Source: a bacterium
GTDB lineage: Bacteria > Actinomycetota > Coriobacteriia > Coriobacteriales > QAMH01
Reading direction: 5' to 3'
Assembly: GCA_963642995.1 (NCBI GenBank)
Contig: CAVIIZ010000004.1
Coordinates: forward strand, 1-59,105
DNA length: 59,105 nucleotides
Positions 24,786-33,595 of the stretch are shown piece by piece. The position numbers and the translations under genes were made by a program. A model generated the notes under the pieces. The model saw only the letters and a list, made by a program, of their open reading frames with translations. It had not been told where the DNA came from and made no database searches. The number at the start of each line of letters is the position of its first letter. Within the stretch, counting starts at the first letter, position 1.

Positions 24786-25955
24786 TCAGACCGCCTGCGC
24801 CGGGGCAGCCGGCTGCGGGCTCGAGGGCACCGCTTTCAAGCTGACGGTCTTCGCATCGTTTACGTTGGTCGCGCTCACGGGATCGCGGCGCGAGAGATGC
24901 AGTATCAGGCCCGCGACGGCCAGCGCGACGGCGGCCACGGCAAAGACGCCCCAGCTGCCCGCGCATGCCAACGCGCACGCAGCCGCCCCGAGCGCACCTG
25001 CCGCCGGGAAGGTGGAAAGCCAGGCCACGAGCATGCGGGCGGCCACCTTCCAGTCCACTTTCGTCTTGGCGCCCAGCCCCGTGCCGACGATGGAGCCGGA
25101 GCACACCTGCGTGGTGGACAGGGCAAAACCCAGATGCGAGGAAGCCAAGATCGTCGCGGCGGAAGCGGCTTCGGCGGCAAAGCCCTGCGGCGTCGAGATC
25201 TCGGTCAGGCCGCGGCCCAGCGTGCGGATGACGCGCCAGCCGCCCGAATAGGTGCCCAGCGCGATAGCCAGACCGCACGCCGCGACGACCCACAGCTCGG
25301 GACCTGTACCGGATGCCTGCAAGCCGGAGGCGACCAGCGTGAGGGTGATGATGCCCATGGTCTTCTGCGCGTCGTTGGTGCCGTGCGAGAGGGCCACGAG
25401 GCAGGCCGTGACGGTCTGGCCGTGCCGAAAGCCGTTTGCCACCTGCCCCTCGTCCATATGCGCGACGATGCGGTATATGAGCTTCACCGCGCACCATGAA
25501 GCGAGGCCGGCGACCAGCGGCGAGACGAGCGCCGGGACGAGCACCTTGCCCGCGACGGCGCCGAAGTCCACCCCCTGCACGCCCGCGCCCACGATGACCG
25601 CGCCCACGAGGCCGCCGAGCAGCGCATGCGACGAGCTGGAGGGCAGGCCCACGAGCCAGGTGACGAGATTGCACAGTATCGCGCCCACGAGGCCGGCAAA
25701 GATGAACTCCGCGCCTATCGCGACCTGCTGCTCGTTGATGATGCCGCCCGAAATGGTCTTGGCCACCTCGGTGGACAGGAACGCGCCGACGAGGTTCAAG
25801 GTCCCGGCGGCGATCACGGCGGTCTTGGGCTTGAGCGCGCCGGTGGCGATCGAGGTCGCCATGGCGTTTGCCGTATCGTGAAACCCGTTCGTGAAATCGA
25901 AGATCAGCGCAGTCGCCACGACCATGACGACGACGGCGATGGTAATCGGATCCAT
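24786..25955 (-). CDS. pit: Inorganic phosphate transporter, PiT family
   Basis: ..FDFTNGFHDTANAMATSI.. and ..ALSHGTNDAQKTMGII.. duplicated PiT signatures. ATG 25955 (MDPITIAV..) is preceded by GAGAGGAGA. The upstream part of the track ORF is run-through. Confidence 0.9.
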   Translation of the reverse strand: MDPITIAVVVMVVATALIFDFTNGFHDTANAMATSIATGALKPKTAVIAAGTLNLVGAFLSTEVAKTISGGIINEQQVAIGAEFIFAGLVGAILCNLVTWLVGLPSSSSHALLGGLVGAVIVGAGVQGVDFGAVAGKVLVPALVSPLVAGLASWCAVKLIYRIVAHMDEGQVANGFRHGQTVTACLVALSHGTNDAQKTMGIITLTLVASGLQASGTGPELWVVAACGLAIALGTYSGGWRVIRTLGRGLTEISTPQGFAAEAASAATILASSHLGFALSTTQVCSGSIVGTGLGAKTKVDWKVAARMLVAWLSTFPAAGALGAAACALACAGSWGVFAVAAVALAVAGLILHLSRRDPVSATNVNDAKTVSLKAVPSSPQPAAPAQAV

Positions 25956-26064
25956 GTTCTTCTCGCATCTCCTCTCGAGCCGCGCTGCGGCGCACGCGCG
26001 TTCACAGCAGCACCCCTCATGGGGCCCCTCCACATTAGGCGCAAAGTGTCGAAGACTTGAAATC

Positions 26065-26086
26065 GGCATGTAAACTAAATGTGAAC
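26065..26086 (-). promoter_or_regulatory. PHO-box-like direct repeats GTTCACAtttaGTTTACAtgcc upstream of pit
   Basis: Minus-strand reading of 26086..26065 gives two 11-nt units, TTCACA-N5-TTTACA. They lie 110-131 nt upstream of the pit ATG, just upstream of a possible TTCAAG-N18-TAATGT promoter. Confidence 0.45.
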
Positions 26087-26289
26087 TCGCAGACGAGACG
26101 AGGCGATGGCTGCGCGGCTCCGTGCCCGCCCTCTCGCAGGCGCGCCCACCCGCCCGCGAAAACGCACCGCCCGAGAAGATACGGCGCGCAGACACGGGAA
26201 ATCTCGAGGGTATACGGCTAAAGTGTTGCGCATTCGTGCGGTATGCGCGCGCGAGCAAAAGACCCCTGACACGAAAAGGAGCATGCGAC

Positions 26290-27051
26290 ATGGGACTTCT
26301 CGAAGGAAAGACCGTCATAGTCACCGGCGCGGGCAAGGGCATCGGCTTCGGCATCGCGAGCGCGTTTGCCGAGCAAGGCGCAGACCTGTGCATCACCGGA
26401 CGCACCGAGCAGCGCCTCGTGGACGCCGAGGCCAAGCTGAAGGAGGCCTACGGGCACGACGTCATCCACGTGGTGGCCGAAGGCGCCGACGAGGAGGCGG
26501 TGGAAAAGGTCGTCTCCGAGACGGTGGGCCACTACGGCAAGCTCGATTGCGTGGTGAACAACGCGCAGGCCTCGAAATCCGGCACGAACCTCGTCGACCA
26601 CAGCAAGGAGGACTTCGACCTGGCCATCAACTCCGGGCTCTACGCCGCGTTCTTCTACATGAAGCACGCCTTCCCCGAGTTGAAGAAGACGAAGGGCTCG
26701 GTGGTGAACCTGGCAAGCGGCGCCGGGCTCTTCGGCAAGCCGGGGCAGTCCAGCTACGCCGCCGCAAAAGAGGGCATACGCGGCCTGACGCGCGTGGCGG
26801 CCACCGAGTGGGGCCCGGATGGCGTGCGCGCGAACTGCATCTGCCCGCTGGCCATGACCGAGCAGCTGGCCGCATGGAAAGAGAAGTTCCCCGACACCTT
26901 CGCCGCGACGATCAAGGGCATCCCGCTGGGGCGCTTCGGCGACCCCAAGACCGACATCGCGCCCGTCGCGGTCTTCTTGGCCAGCGACATGGCGGCCTAC
27001 GTGTCCGGCGAGACCATCACCATTCAGGGCGGCTCGGGGCTGCGGCCGTAG
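26290..27051 (+). CDS. SDR family oxidoreductase (classical, 253 aa)
   Basis: TGAGKGIG, NNAQ and S..YAAAK catalytic motifs. ATG 26290 is preceded by AAAGGAG with 8-nt spacing. Confidence 0.9.
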   Translation: MGLLEGKTVIVTGAGKGIGFGIASAFAEQGADLCITGRTEQRLVDAEAKLKEAYGHDVIHVVAEGADEEAVEKVVSETVGHYGKLDCVVNNAQASKSGTNLVDHSKEDFDLAINSGLYAAFFYMKHAFPELKKTKGSVVNLASGAGLFGKPGQSSYAAAKEGIRGLTRVAATEWGPDGVRANCICPLAMTEQLAAWKEKFPDTFAATIKGIPLGRFGDPKTDIAPVAVFLASDMAAYVSGETITIQGGSGLRP

Positions 27052-27076
27052 GGGTTTTCCACAGGCAGGCTATCGC

Positions 27077-27107
27077 AAGGCGCCGCGCAGATGCGGCGCC
27101 TTTTTTT
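27077..27107 (+). terminator. Intrinsic terminator after the SDR gene
   Basis: AAGGCGCCGC-gcagat-GCGGCGCCTT followed by TTTTT. The 10-bp stem is perfect. Confidence 0.75.
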
Positions 27108-27187
27108 CCCTGCGGGGCGCCTCGGGTTCACGGCAGCGTGCCAACGGGCGCGAGGCGTCGCGAGACGATGCCTCGCGGACATGTCCG

Positions 27188-28393
27188 TCAGGCGCTTTTC
27201 CCGCAGAGCGCGGCGGCCACGACGTCGAGCAGGTCGGCGGCAAGCTCGAACTTGGGGCGGCGCGCAAGCTCGCGCTCCTCTCCGGACGTGATGAACCACA
27301 CGTGGTTGTCGTCGGCCCCCGCTGGCCCGTCGCCTTCGGCCAGGTCGTTTGCCACGACCATGTCCGCGTGTTTGGCGGCCAGCTTCTCGCGGGCGGCCTT
27401 TCGCGGGTCGCCCGTCTCGGCGGAAAACACGACGCAAAACGTCGAGTCCTTGCGTTTTCCCAGCGTGGCGGCGATATCGGTGTTGGGAACGAGGCGCAGC
27501 TGCATGTCGGACCCGTCGTTTTTCATCTTGCCCGTGAAGGTCGACCACGCACGCCAGTCGCTGACCGCCGCCGTGAAGACGGCCGCGTCCGCATCGGAGA
27601 ACGGACCTTCGCAGGCCTTGAGCATCTCGGCCGCCGTGTCCACGCGCACCACCTCGACGCCTGCGGGGTCGGCAAGCGCGCAAGGACCGGAGACGAGGGT
27701 GACCTGCGCCCCGCGCAACGCCGCCTGCTCCGCGAGGAGATAGCCCGTCTTGCCCGACGCCGCATTGGAGATGAAGCGGACGCTGTCGAAGGGCTCGCGC
27801 GTGGGCCCTGCCGTGACCAGCAGGCGCTTTCCCTCCAAATCGCGCTCTCCGCCCGTGTCGAGGACCGCCAAGACGGCCCGTGCCGAAGCATCGGGCCCGG
27901 GAAACCTGCCCGCGCCCACGGCGCCGCACGCAAGCTCGCCTCTCGCCGGCTCCACGACGAAGACGCCGCGAGAGCGCAAGGTGGCGATGTTTGCCTGCGT
28001 CGCGGGGTTCTCCCACATCTGCGTGTTCATGGCGGGCACGACCACCAGCGGCGCGTCCGTGGCAAGCGCTGCGGCCGTGACGAGGTTGTCGGCCATCCCG
28101 CAGGCAAGTTTCGCCAGGGTGTTGGCCGTGCACGGCGCGATCGCATAGACGTCGGTGCCCTGCGAGAAGGCGATATGGGGGATGGCGCTGGCCTCGTCGC
28201 CGAAGATGCCGGTCGAGACCTTCTTGCCCGTGAGGGCGCGGAAGGTGTCGGCGCCGACGAATTTCTCCGCGGCAGGCGTCATCAGCACCTTCACCGCGAT
28301 GCCCTCGCGCATCTTCTGCAAGGCGCGCACCAGCTCGGCGGCCTTGTACGCGGCGATGCAGCCCGTCACCCCGAGAAGCACCCTGTCGGCCAT
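27188..28393 (-). CDS. coaBC: Bifunctional phosphopantothenoylcysteine decarboxylase / phosphopantothenate-cysteine ligase
   Basis: N-terminal flavoprotein domain (LGVTGCIAAYKA..PAMN..M) and a C-terminal CoaB domain (..TAGPTREPFDSVRFISNAASGK..). Confidence 0.95.
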   Translation of the reverse strand: MADRVLLGVTGCIAAYKAAELVRALQKMREGIAVKVLMTPAAEKFVGADTFRALTGKKVSTGIFGDEASAIPHIAFSQGTDVYAIAPCTANTLAKLACGMADNLVTAAALATDAPLVVVPAMNTQMWENPATQANIATLRSRGVFVVEPARGELACGAVGAGRFPGPDASARAVLAVLDTGGERDLEGKRLLVTAGPTREPFDSVRFISNAASGKTGYLLAEQAALRGAQVTLVSGPCALADPAGVEVVRVDTAAEMLKACEGPFSDADAAVFTAAVSDWRAWSTFTGKMKNDGSDMQLRLVPNTDIAATLGKRKDSTFCVVFSAETGDPRKAAREKLAAKHADMVVANDLAEGDGPAGADDNHVWFITSGEERELARRPKFELAADLLDVVAAALCGKSA

Positions 28394-28424
28394 GTCTTCC
28401 TCCGTCCTCTCGGCTCGCGTCTTG

Positions 28425-29153
28425 TTATTGCGCAGTGCCCGGGCAGGCCATGAGGCGGTGGCAATTCGGGCATTCGCCCAGCCCCGAGCTCGTGCGCAGC
28501 TTCGCCATCTGGCCCGTCTGGAAGGTCGTGCGGCACGCGGAGCAATGCCCGTCTTCCACGGTCGCGAGCCCCAGCCCGCCCTTTTCCTTTCGCAACTGCT
28601 CGTAGCGGGCCATGACGGCGGCGTTCACCTGCGCGGCGAGCTCGGCTCTGGCGCCCTGCGCTGCCTGCATCCTCTCCTTGATGGCTCCGCCCCTTTCGCG
28701 AAACGCCTCCGTCAGCGCCGCCTCGCGCTCGTCGGTGCGGGCAAGCATCTGCGAGAGCTGCCCGTCGAGGCGCTCCACCTCGAGCTGGCGCTCCAGCAGC
28801 GCGTCTTGCTCCCTCGCGTTCTCGCCTTGGCGCTTGACCTGGCCTTCCATCTCCTTGGTGATGGAGCCGACCACGCGGTGGTCGCCGTTGCCGTCGAGCT
28901 TCTTCTGCAGCTCGGCCACCTTCTCGGCCAAAGACCGCTCCTCGGCCTGGAGGCACTCCAATTTCGCGGCCACGCCGTCGGCCAGCTCGAGCACCTGGTC
29001 TTGCTTTCCCTTCAGCTCGCGGCGCTTGGCGCGGCACTCGGAGATCTGCGCCACCTCCTCGAGGCCGGACAGCTCCGTTTTCAGGCGCATGAGCTCCACG
29101 TCGCGCTCCTGCACGCCGAGCAGGGCCTCTATCTCGGATTCCGTTGCCTGCAT
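28425..29153 (-). CDS. Coiled-coil zinc-ribbon protein (COG1579/DUF164-like)
   Basis: Long E/Q/L/R-rich coiled coil ending in CSACR..(N21)..CPNCHR. It sits next to a Nif3-family gene, the conserved neighbourhood for this family. Confidence 0.85.
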   Translation of the reverse strand: MQATESEIEALLGVQERDVELMRLKTELSGLEEVAQISECRAKRRELKGKQDQVLELADGVAAKLECLQAEERSLAEKVAELQKKLDGNGDHRVVGSITKEMEGQVKRQGENAREQDALLERQLEVERLDGQLSQMLARTDEREAALTEAFRERGGAIKERMQAAQGARAELAAQVNAAVMARYEQLRKEKGGLGLATVEDGHCSACRTTFQTGQMAKLRTSSGLGECPNCHRLMACPGTAQ

Positions 29154-29240
29154 ACAGACCTCACCGCGCCTTTCCGTTCAGGGTCTCTCGCATCGTCTCG
29201 CGCGCCGTGCCGAAGCGGGCGCCGAAACCGCGCATGCCTT

Positions 29241-30128
29241 CTAGCGCCCGTCGCCGGCGCACCACCATGCGGGCGCGGCGTCTCCCACGACGACGAGCTC
29301 TTCGCCTTCATCATACCCGCACCCGGCCAGCTCGTCGAAAAGCACCTGCACGAGAGGCGCCTCGGACACGTCGTGGCCCAGCTCGACCACGGCCAGGTGC
29401 GGCTGGACGTCGAGCGCCGTGTGGTACCCCGTCTCGCCCACCACCACGCATCCCATATGCGCGCGGACGGCGGCCTGAAAGGCGCCCGCGTCACGCCAGG
29501 AGCCGTTCAGATAGGCAAAGCGCTCCAACTCGAGGTCCGGGTCGCCCCATACGCGCGCGCGGCCGCCCAAGGCGTCGTCGCACACGGCGGCAAGCTGCGC
29601 CAGCGTCGTCTTCGCAGGCAGGTCGAGCACGGCGCCGAAGCCCGTGCCCTTGTAGGAGCGGGACGGGTCGAGCAAGTGCTCGAAGTTGCCCTTGCAAGTG
29701 CAGCCGAGCACATCGGCGAAGGCCTCGCGCGCGAGCGCCGAGCGGTCGAGGTTCGTGTGCATGTTGATGACGGACACCCCGAGGCGCGCCGCCTCGAACA
29801 GCGCGCGCCCCGGCCCGGGCGTCGCGCCCTGCGAGGCAGGACCCAGCTCGCACGGAGCGTTCTTGATGTAGGGGGGATGGTGGCAGACGAGCACGTCGCA
29901 GCCCCCGTCCGCAGCCGCCTTCACCGTCGCGCACGTGAAATCGAGGGCCACGCCGATGCGGCCGACCGTCCGGCTGCGATCGCCCACCTGCAGCCCGCAG
30001 CTGTCCCAGCGCTCCATGTCCGCGCGGGGGAAAACCGAAAACAGCGCCTGCTCGAGCTCGCCTGCCGTCCGCGGCCTGCCGTCCATGTCCGCACCTTCGT
30101 CCATGCCCTCGTTCGCCCTCTCGTCCAT
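29241..30128 (-). CDS. Nif3-like dinuclear metal centre protein (GTP cyclohydrolase 1 type 2 homologue)
   Basis: ..DVLVCHHPP.., ..VINMHTNLD.., ..GETGYH..ELGHD.. motifs. ATG 30128 is preceded by GGAGGTG with 7-nt spacing and lies 4 nt after the upstream stop. Confidence 0.85.
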   Translation of the reverse strand: MDERANEGMDEGADMDGRPRTAGELEQALFSVFPRADMERWDSCGLQVGDRSRTVGRIGVALDFTCATVKAAADGGCDVLVCHHPPYIKNAPCELGPASQGATPGPGRALFEAARLGVSVINMHTNLDRSALAREAFADVLGCTCKGNFEHLLDPSRSYKGTGFGAVLDLPAKTTLAQLAAVCDDALGGRARVWGDPDLELERFAYLNGSWRDAGAFQAAVRAHMGCVVVGETGYHTALDVQPHLAVVELGHDVSEAPLVQVLFDELAGCGYDEGEELVVVGDAAPAWWCAGDGR

Positions 30129-30132
30129 GCCC

Positions 30133-30954
30133 TCACACCTCCAGTTTCCAGCAGATCCTGTCGCCATCCGGAGTCGGCGCCGACACGTGCGTGTATCCCG
30201 CGCGCGCCATCCACTCGTAGGCGTCGCGCACGTCGCGCCCTATATCTTGCGGACGGTGCGCATCGCAGCCCACCGTGCACTCGACGCCCGCGTCGTGGAA
30301 AGCGCGCAGCAAATCGAGGCAAGGATACATTTCCTGCGCCTGCACGTGCAGCCCCTTCGTGTTCACCTCGACCATGCAACCCGACGCGGCGGCGGCCAAG
30401 GCCATCTCGCTGTAGTAGGGGCGCGCATCGAAGCTCGGCCGAAAGCCGAACTTCTTGGGCAGGTCGGGGTGGGAGAACGCGGTGATGGGCGCGCTCGAGG
30501 CGGCCATCTCCAGCCACAGCTCGAAATAGCGCCGCCATATCCAATCCGTGCCGTGCTCGTTCCAATGCCCCAGCTCGTCGGGGTCGTCGTATGCCCACTC
30601 GTCCACATGGTGCACGCTGCCCAGCACGTACTCGAAGCCCGCGCACAGCTCCTCGAGCTCAGGCCCGCGCCCGGCAAACCAGTCGATTTCGGTGCCCATG
30701 ACGAAGAGAAGCGGGCTTTTCTCCTCGGCCAGGCGCGCTCGCTGCTCCAGGCAGGCGTCGCGGTAGGCCCCCACCTGCGCGCGGCTCATGGAGCAGGTGT
30801 GCGTCGGGTCGAGGCGCTCGGGCATCCACATGTGCTCGGTCTGGCAGTAGACGGCAAGCCCCAGCTCCTCGGCACGCCCCACGGCCTGCGCCACCGTAGC
30901 GCTGCCGTGCCCGGAAAAAGCGGTGTGCGAATGGCAGTCCACGAGGGGCGTCAT
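30133..30954 (-). CDS. PHP-family histidinol-phosphatase-like hydrolase
   Basis: MTPLVDCHSHTAFSGHG.., ..GSVHH.., ..HPD.., ..GCDAH.. PHP metal ligands. ATG 30954 overlaps the upstream stop (ATGA). Substrate is not determinable from sequence. Confidence 0.8.
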   Translation of the reverse strand: MTPLVDCHSHTAFSGHGSATVAQAVGRAEELGLAVYCQTEHMWMPERLDPTHTCSMSRAQVGAYRDACLEQRARLAEEKSPLLFVMGTEIDWFAGRGPELEELCAGFEYVLGSVHHVDEWAYDDPDELGHWNEHGTDWIWRRYFELWLEMAASSAPITAFSHPDLPKKFGFRPSFDARPYYSEMALAAAASGCMVEVNTKGLHVQAQEMYPCLDLLRAFHDAGVECTVGCDAHRPQDIGRDVRDAYEWMARAGYTHVSAPTPDGDRICWKLEV

Positions 30955-32141
30955 GCGAGGATTCCCCTCAACGCGGCGGCCAGGGCGTCCACCTCGGCGG
31001 CTGTCGTCTCGGCGCCCAAAGAGACGCGCAGCGATCCGAAAGCCTCGTCGCGGGGGACGCCCATGGCCGTCAGCACGTGGCTGGGGTCCAGACTCTTCGA
31101 GCCGCAGGCGCTGCCGGCCGACACGCAAAAGCCCGCCTCGTCGAGGCGCAGCACGAGGGTCTGGCCCTCCAATCCCGCGCACAGAAGATGCAGGGTGTGC
31201 GGCACGCAAAGGGTCGCGTCGAGCGTCTCGCGCACGGGGCGGGCAAAGGAGGCGCCCGCGGCTGCGCCCGCGGCTGGATTCGCATCCCCGTTCACGAGGG
31301 CGCCCACGAACCGCGCACGCAAGGCGGCCACATGGTCCCAAACCCGCACGCGCTCCGATTCGGCCGCTTCGAGCGCGGCGGCAAATCCTGCGACGCCGGC
31401 GACGTTCACCGTGCCCGAGCGCATGCCGCCCTCCTGGCCGCCGCCGCGCATGAAAGGGCGGCATTTCACGCGACGGCGCAGGTAGAGGGCTCCCACGCCG
31501 GCCGGGCCACCCACCTTGTGCGCGGAAAACGAGGCCGCGTCCACGCCGCTTTCCTCCAGGGAGATCTCCACCTTGCCCAACGCCTGGACCGCGTCGGTGA
31601 AAAAGAGGGCGCCGTGCGCGTGCGCGACATCCGCGAGCTCGGAAACCGGCTGGATGGCGCCCGTCTCGTTGTTCACCCACATGACGGCCGCGAGCGCGCA
31701 GCCCTCGCCACGCGCCTCGATACCGTCCAGCAGCTCTTCGAGGGCAGACGGCGCCACGACCCCGTCGCGGCCGCAGGGCACGAGGTCCACCTTGTAGCCG
31801 CGTTCCTTCAGGGAGGCGGCGGCCTCCAGGACCGCTTCGTGCTCTATGGCCGAGACCAGCACATGCGTCTTCTTGCCGGCAGGCGAGAAGGGCACGAGGC
31901 CGCGCAGGGCCGTGTTGTCGGATTCGGTGCCGCCTGCGGTGAAGACGAGCTCGTGCGGGGCGCGGGCGCCGAGGGCCGCGGCGATGCGCGCGCGGGCCGC
32001 CTCCAGCGCATCTGCCGCCCTCTTGCCCGCCGCATGCAACGACGAGGGGTTGCCGAAGGGCGCGGCCTCAATCGCGCGGGAGGCCTCGGGGCGCAGCGGC
32101 GCGGTGGCCGCGTAATCGAAGTAGGCGCAGCTCTCAGGCAC
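30951..32141 (-). CDS. Cysteine desulfurase (NifS/IscS-like class V aminotransferase)
   Basis: ..FTAGGTESDN.., ..SFSAHKVGGPAGVGALY.. (PLP Lys), ..SAGSACGS.. (active Cys). Start proposed at GTG 32141 (GGGAG 6 nt upstream, 8-nt overlap with the rpe end). There is no ATG between this GTG and track ATG 32252, which would overlap rpe by 119 nt. Confidence 0.8.
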   Translation of the reverse strand: MPESCAYFDYAATAPLRPEASRAIEAAPFGNPSSLHAAGKRAADALEAARARIAAALGARAPHELVFTAGGTESDNTALRGLVPFSPAGKKTHVLVSAIEHEAVLEAAASLKERGYKVDLVPCGRDGVVAPSALEELLDGIEARGEGCALAAVMWVNNETGAIQPVSELADVAHAHGALFFTDAVQALGKVEISLEESGVDAASFSAHKVGGPAGVGALYLRRRVKCRPFMRGGGQEGGMRSGTVNVAGVAGFAAALEAAESERVRVWDHVAALRARFVGALVNGDANPAAGAAAGASFARPVRETLDATLCVPHTLHLLCAGLEGQTLVLRLDEAGFCVSAGSACGSKSLDPSHVLTAMGVPRDEAFGSLRVSLGAETTAAEVDALAAALRGILA

Positions 32142-32826
32142 GGCAGGCTCCCAGCGCCGCAGCGCGGATGGCCTCGATGGCCTCGTCGCGATCCGCTGCC
32201 TTGAACACGGCGTTGCCCGCCACGAGCACGTTCGCGCCCGCTGCGGCGACAAGCGGCGCCGTCTTCTCGCCGATGCCGCCGTCCACCTCGATGTCGCGTT
32301 GCAGGCCGGCCGCGGAAAGCCGCGCCGCCAGCTCGGCCACCTTGCCCGGCGTGCCCTCGATGAAGGACTGGCCGGAAAAACCCGGGTGCACGCTCATGAC
32401 GAGGAACATGCCGAAGGCGGAAAGCAACGCGTCTGCAATGGCCGACACAGGCGTCTCGGGGTTGATGGCAAGCGCCGGCGCGGCGCCTGCCGCGCGTATG
32501 GCCTCGGCGCAGGAAAGTGCCTCGTCCTCATCGGCGCAGGCCTCCAGATGCACGCTCACGCCGTCGGCGCCCGCATCGAGGTACCACGGCAGCTGCACGA
32601 GCGGGTTGTCGATCATCAGGTGCACGTCCAGCGGCAGGTCCGTGGCCTGCTTCAGGGCCGCCACATGCGCAGGGCCGATGGTCAGGTTCGGCACGAAATG
32701 CCCGTCCATCACGTCCACGTGCACGAAATCGGCGCCGGCCGCGATGTCGGCGACCTCGTCTTGCAGGTGCCCGAAATCTGCCGACAATATGGACGGCGCG
32801 ATCGAGATGCCCTTGCCCATCGTCAT
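32134..32826 (-). CDS. rpe: Ribulose-phosphate 3-epimerase
   Basis: ..APSILSADF..HVDVMDGHFVPN..VHPGFSGQ..DGG.. The ATG overlaps the plsY stop (ATGA). Confidence 0.95.
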   Translation of the reverse strand: MTMGKGISIAPSILSADFGHLQDEVADIAAGADFVHVDVMDGHFVPNLTIGPAHVAALKQATDLPLDVHLMIDNPLVQLPWYLDAGADGVSVHLEACADEDEALSCAEAIRAAGAAPALAINPETPVSAIADALLSAFGMFLVMSVHPGFSGQSFIEGTPGKVAELAARLSAAGLQRDIEVDGGIGEKTAPLVAAAGANVLVAGNAVFKAADRDEAIEAIRAAALGACRA

Positions 32827-33590
32827 CTTCCCTCCCTGTCTCCGCTTCCCCCGGCGCCTTCACCCGCCGCAGGCTCCTCTTCGCCGTCCACGCCGGCTCC
32901 CCCGTCGTGCGCGCCGGCCGCCTCATCATCTGCGCCGCCACGACCGCCGTCGTCTTTGTGCAGGCTGAACTTCGGCTCCTGTCCGTGCACCATGCGCACG
33001 ATGTTGGCGCGGTGGGCCCAGGTGACGAACACCGCGACGGCGCATGCCACGACGAAAAGCGGCACGTTTCCCCACTCGAATATGCACGCGGCCACGGGAA
33101 ACATGCACGCAGCCACGATCGAGCCCGCCGAGACGCGGCGCGAGAGAAAGGCGACCACGAGAAAGCTGCCCAGCATGAGCGCCACCACCGGCGGGTAGGC
33201 CATGCCGATGGTGCCCAGCCCGGTCGATATGCCCTTGCCGCCGCGAAAGCCGAGCCAAGGGCAGAACACGTGCCCGGCGATGCCGAAGACGATGGAGAGC
33301 GCGAGCACGAGGTCTGCCTGCCAGGGCGCGGCGGCCCCGATGGGCGCATACGCGAGCAGAAGGCGCGCCACGCCGACGGCGGCCACCCCTTTCAGCACGT
33401 CGCCCGCAAAGGTGATTGCAGCCGCAGCAGCCCCGAACAGCCGCGCCATGTTCGTCATCCCGATGGACCCGGAGCCGCCGGAGCGCGGGTCCTTGCCGTA
33501 GAAAACGCGCCCGACGATCACGCCGCAGGGAATCGAACCCAGCAAGAAGGACTCGGCGGCCACGAGGAGCAAAGCGGTTTGGTAGGCCAT
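32823..33590 (-). CDS. plsY: Acyl-phosphate:glycerol-3-phosphate acyltransferase PlsY with a ~45-aa acidic Gly/Asp/Glu-rich C-terminal tail
   Basis: ..GSIPCGVIVGR..DPRSGGSGSIGMTN.. and ..GGKGISTGLG.. motifs. ATG 33590 lies 5 nt after the der stop. The rest of track ORF 32823..35102 is run-through. Confidence 0.9.
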   Translation of the reverse strand: MAYQTALLLVAAESFLLGSIPCGVIVGRVFYGKDPRSGGSGSIGMTNMARLFGAAAAAITFAGDVLKGVAAVGVARLLLAYAPIGAAAPWQADLVLALSIVFGIAGHVFCPWLGFRGGKGISTGLGTIGMAYPPVVALMLGSFLVVAFLSRRVSAGSIVAACMFPVAACIFEWGNVPLFVVACAVAVFVTWAHRANIVRMVHGQEPKFSLHKDDGGRGGADDEAAGAHDGGAGVDGEEEPAAGEGAGGSGDREGR

Positions 33591-33595
33591 CTCGG

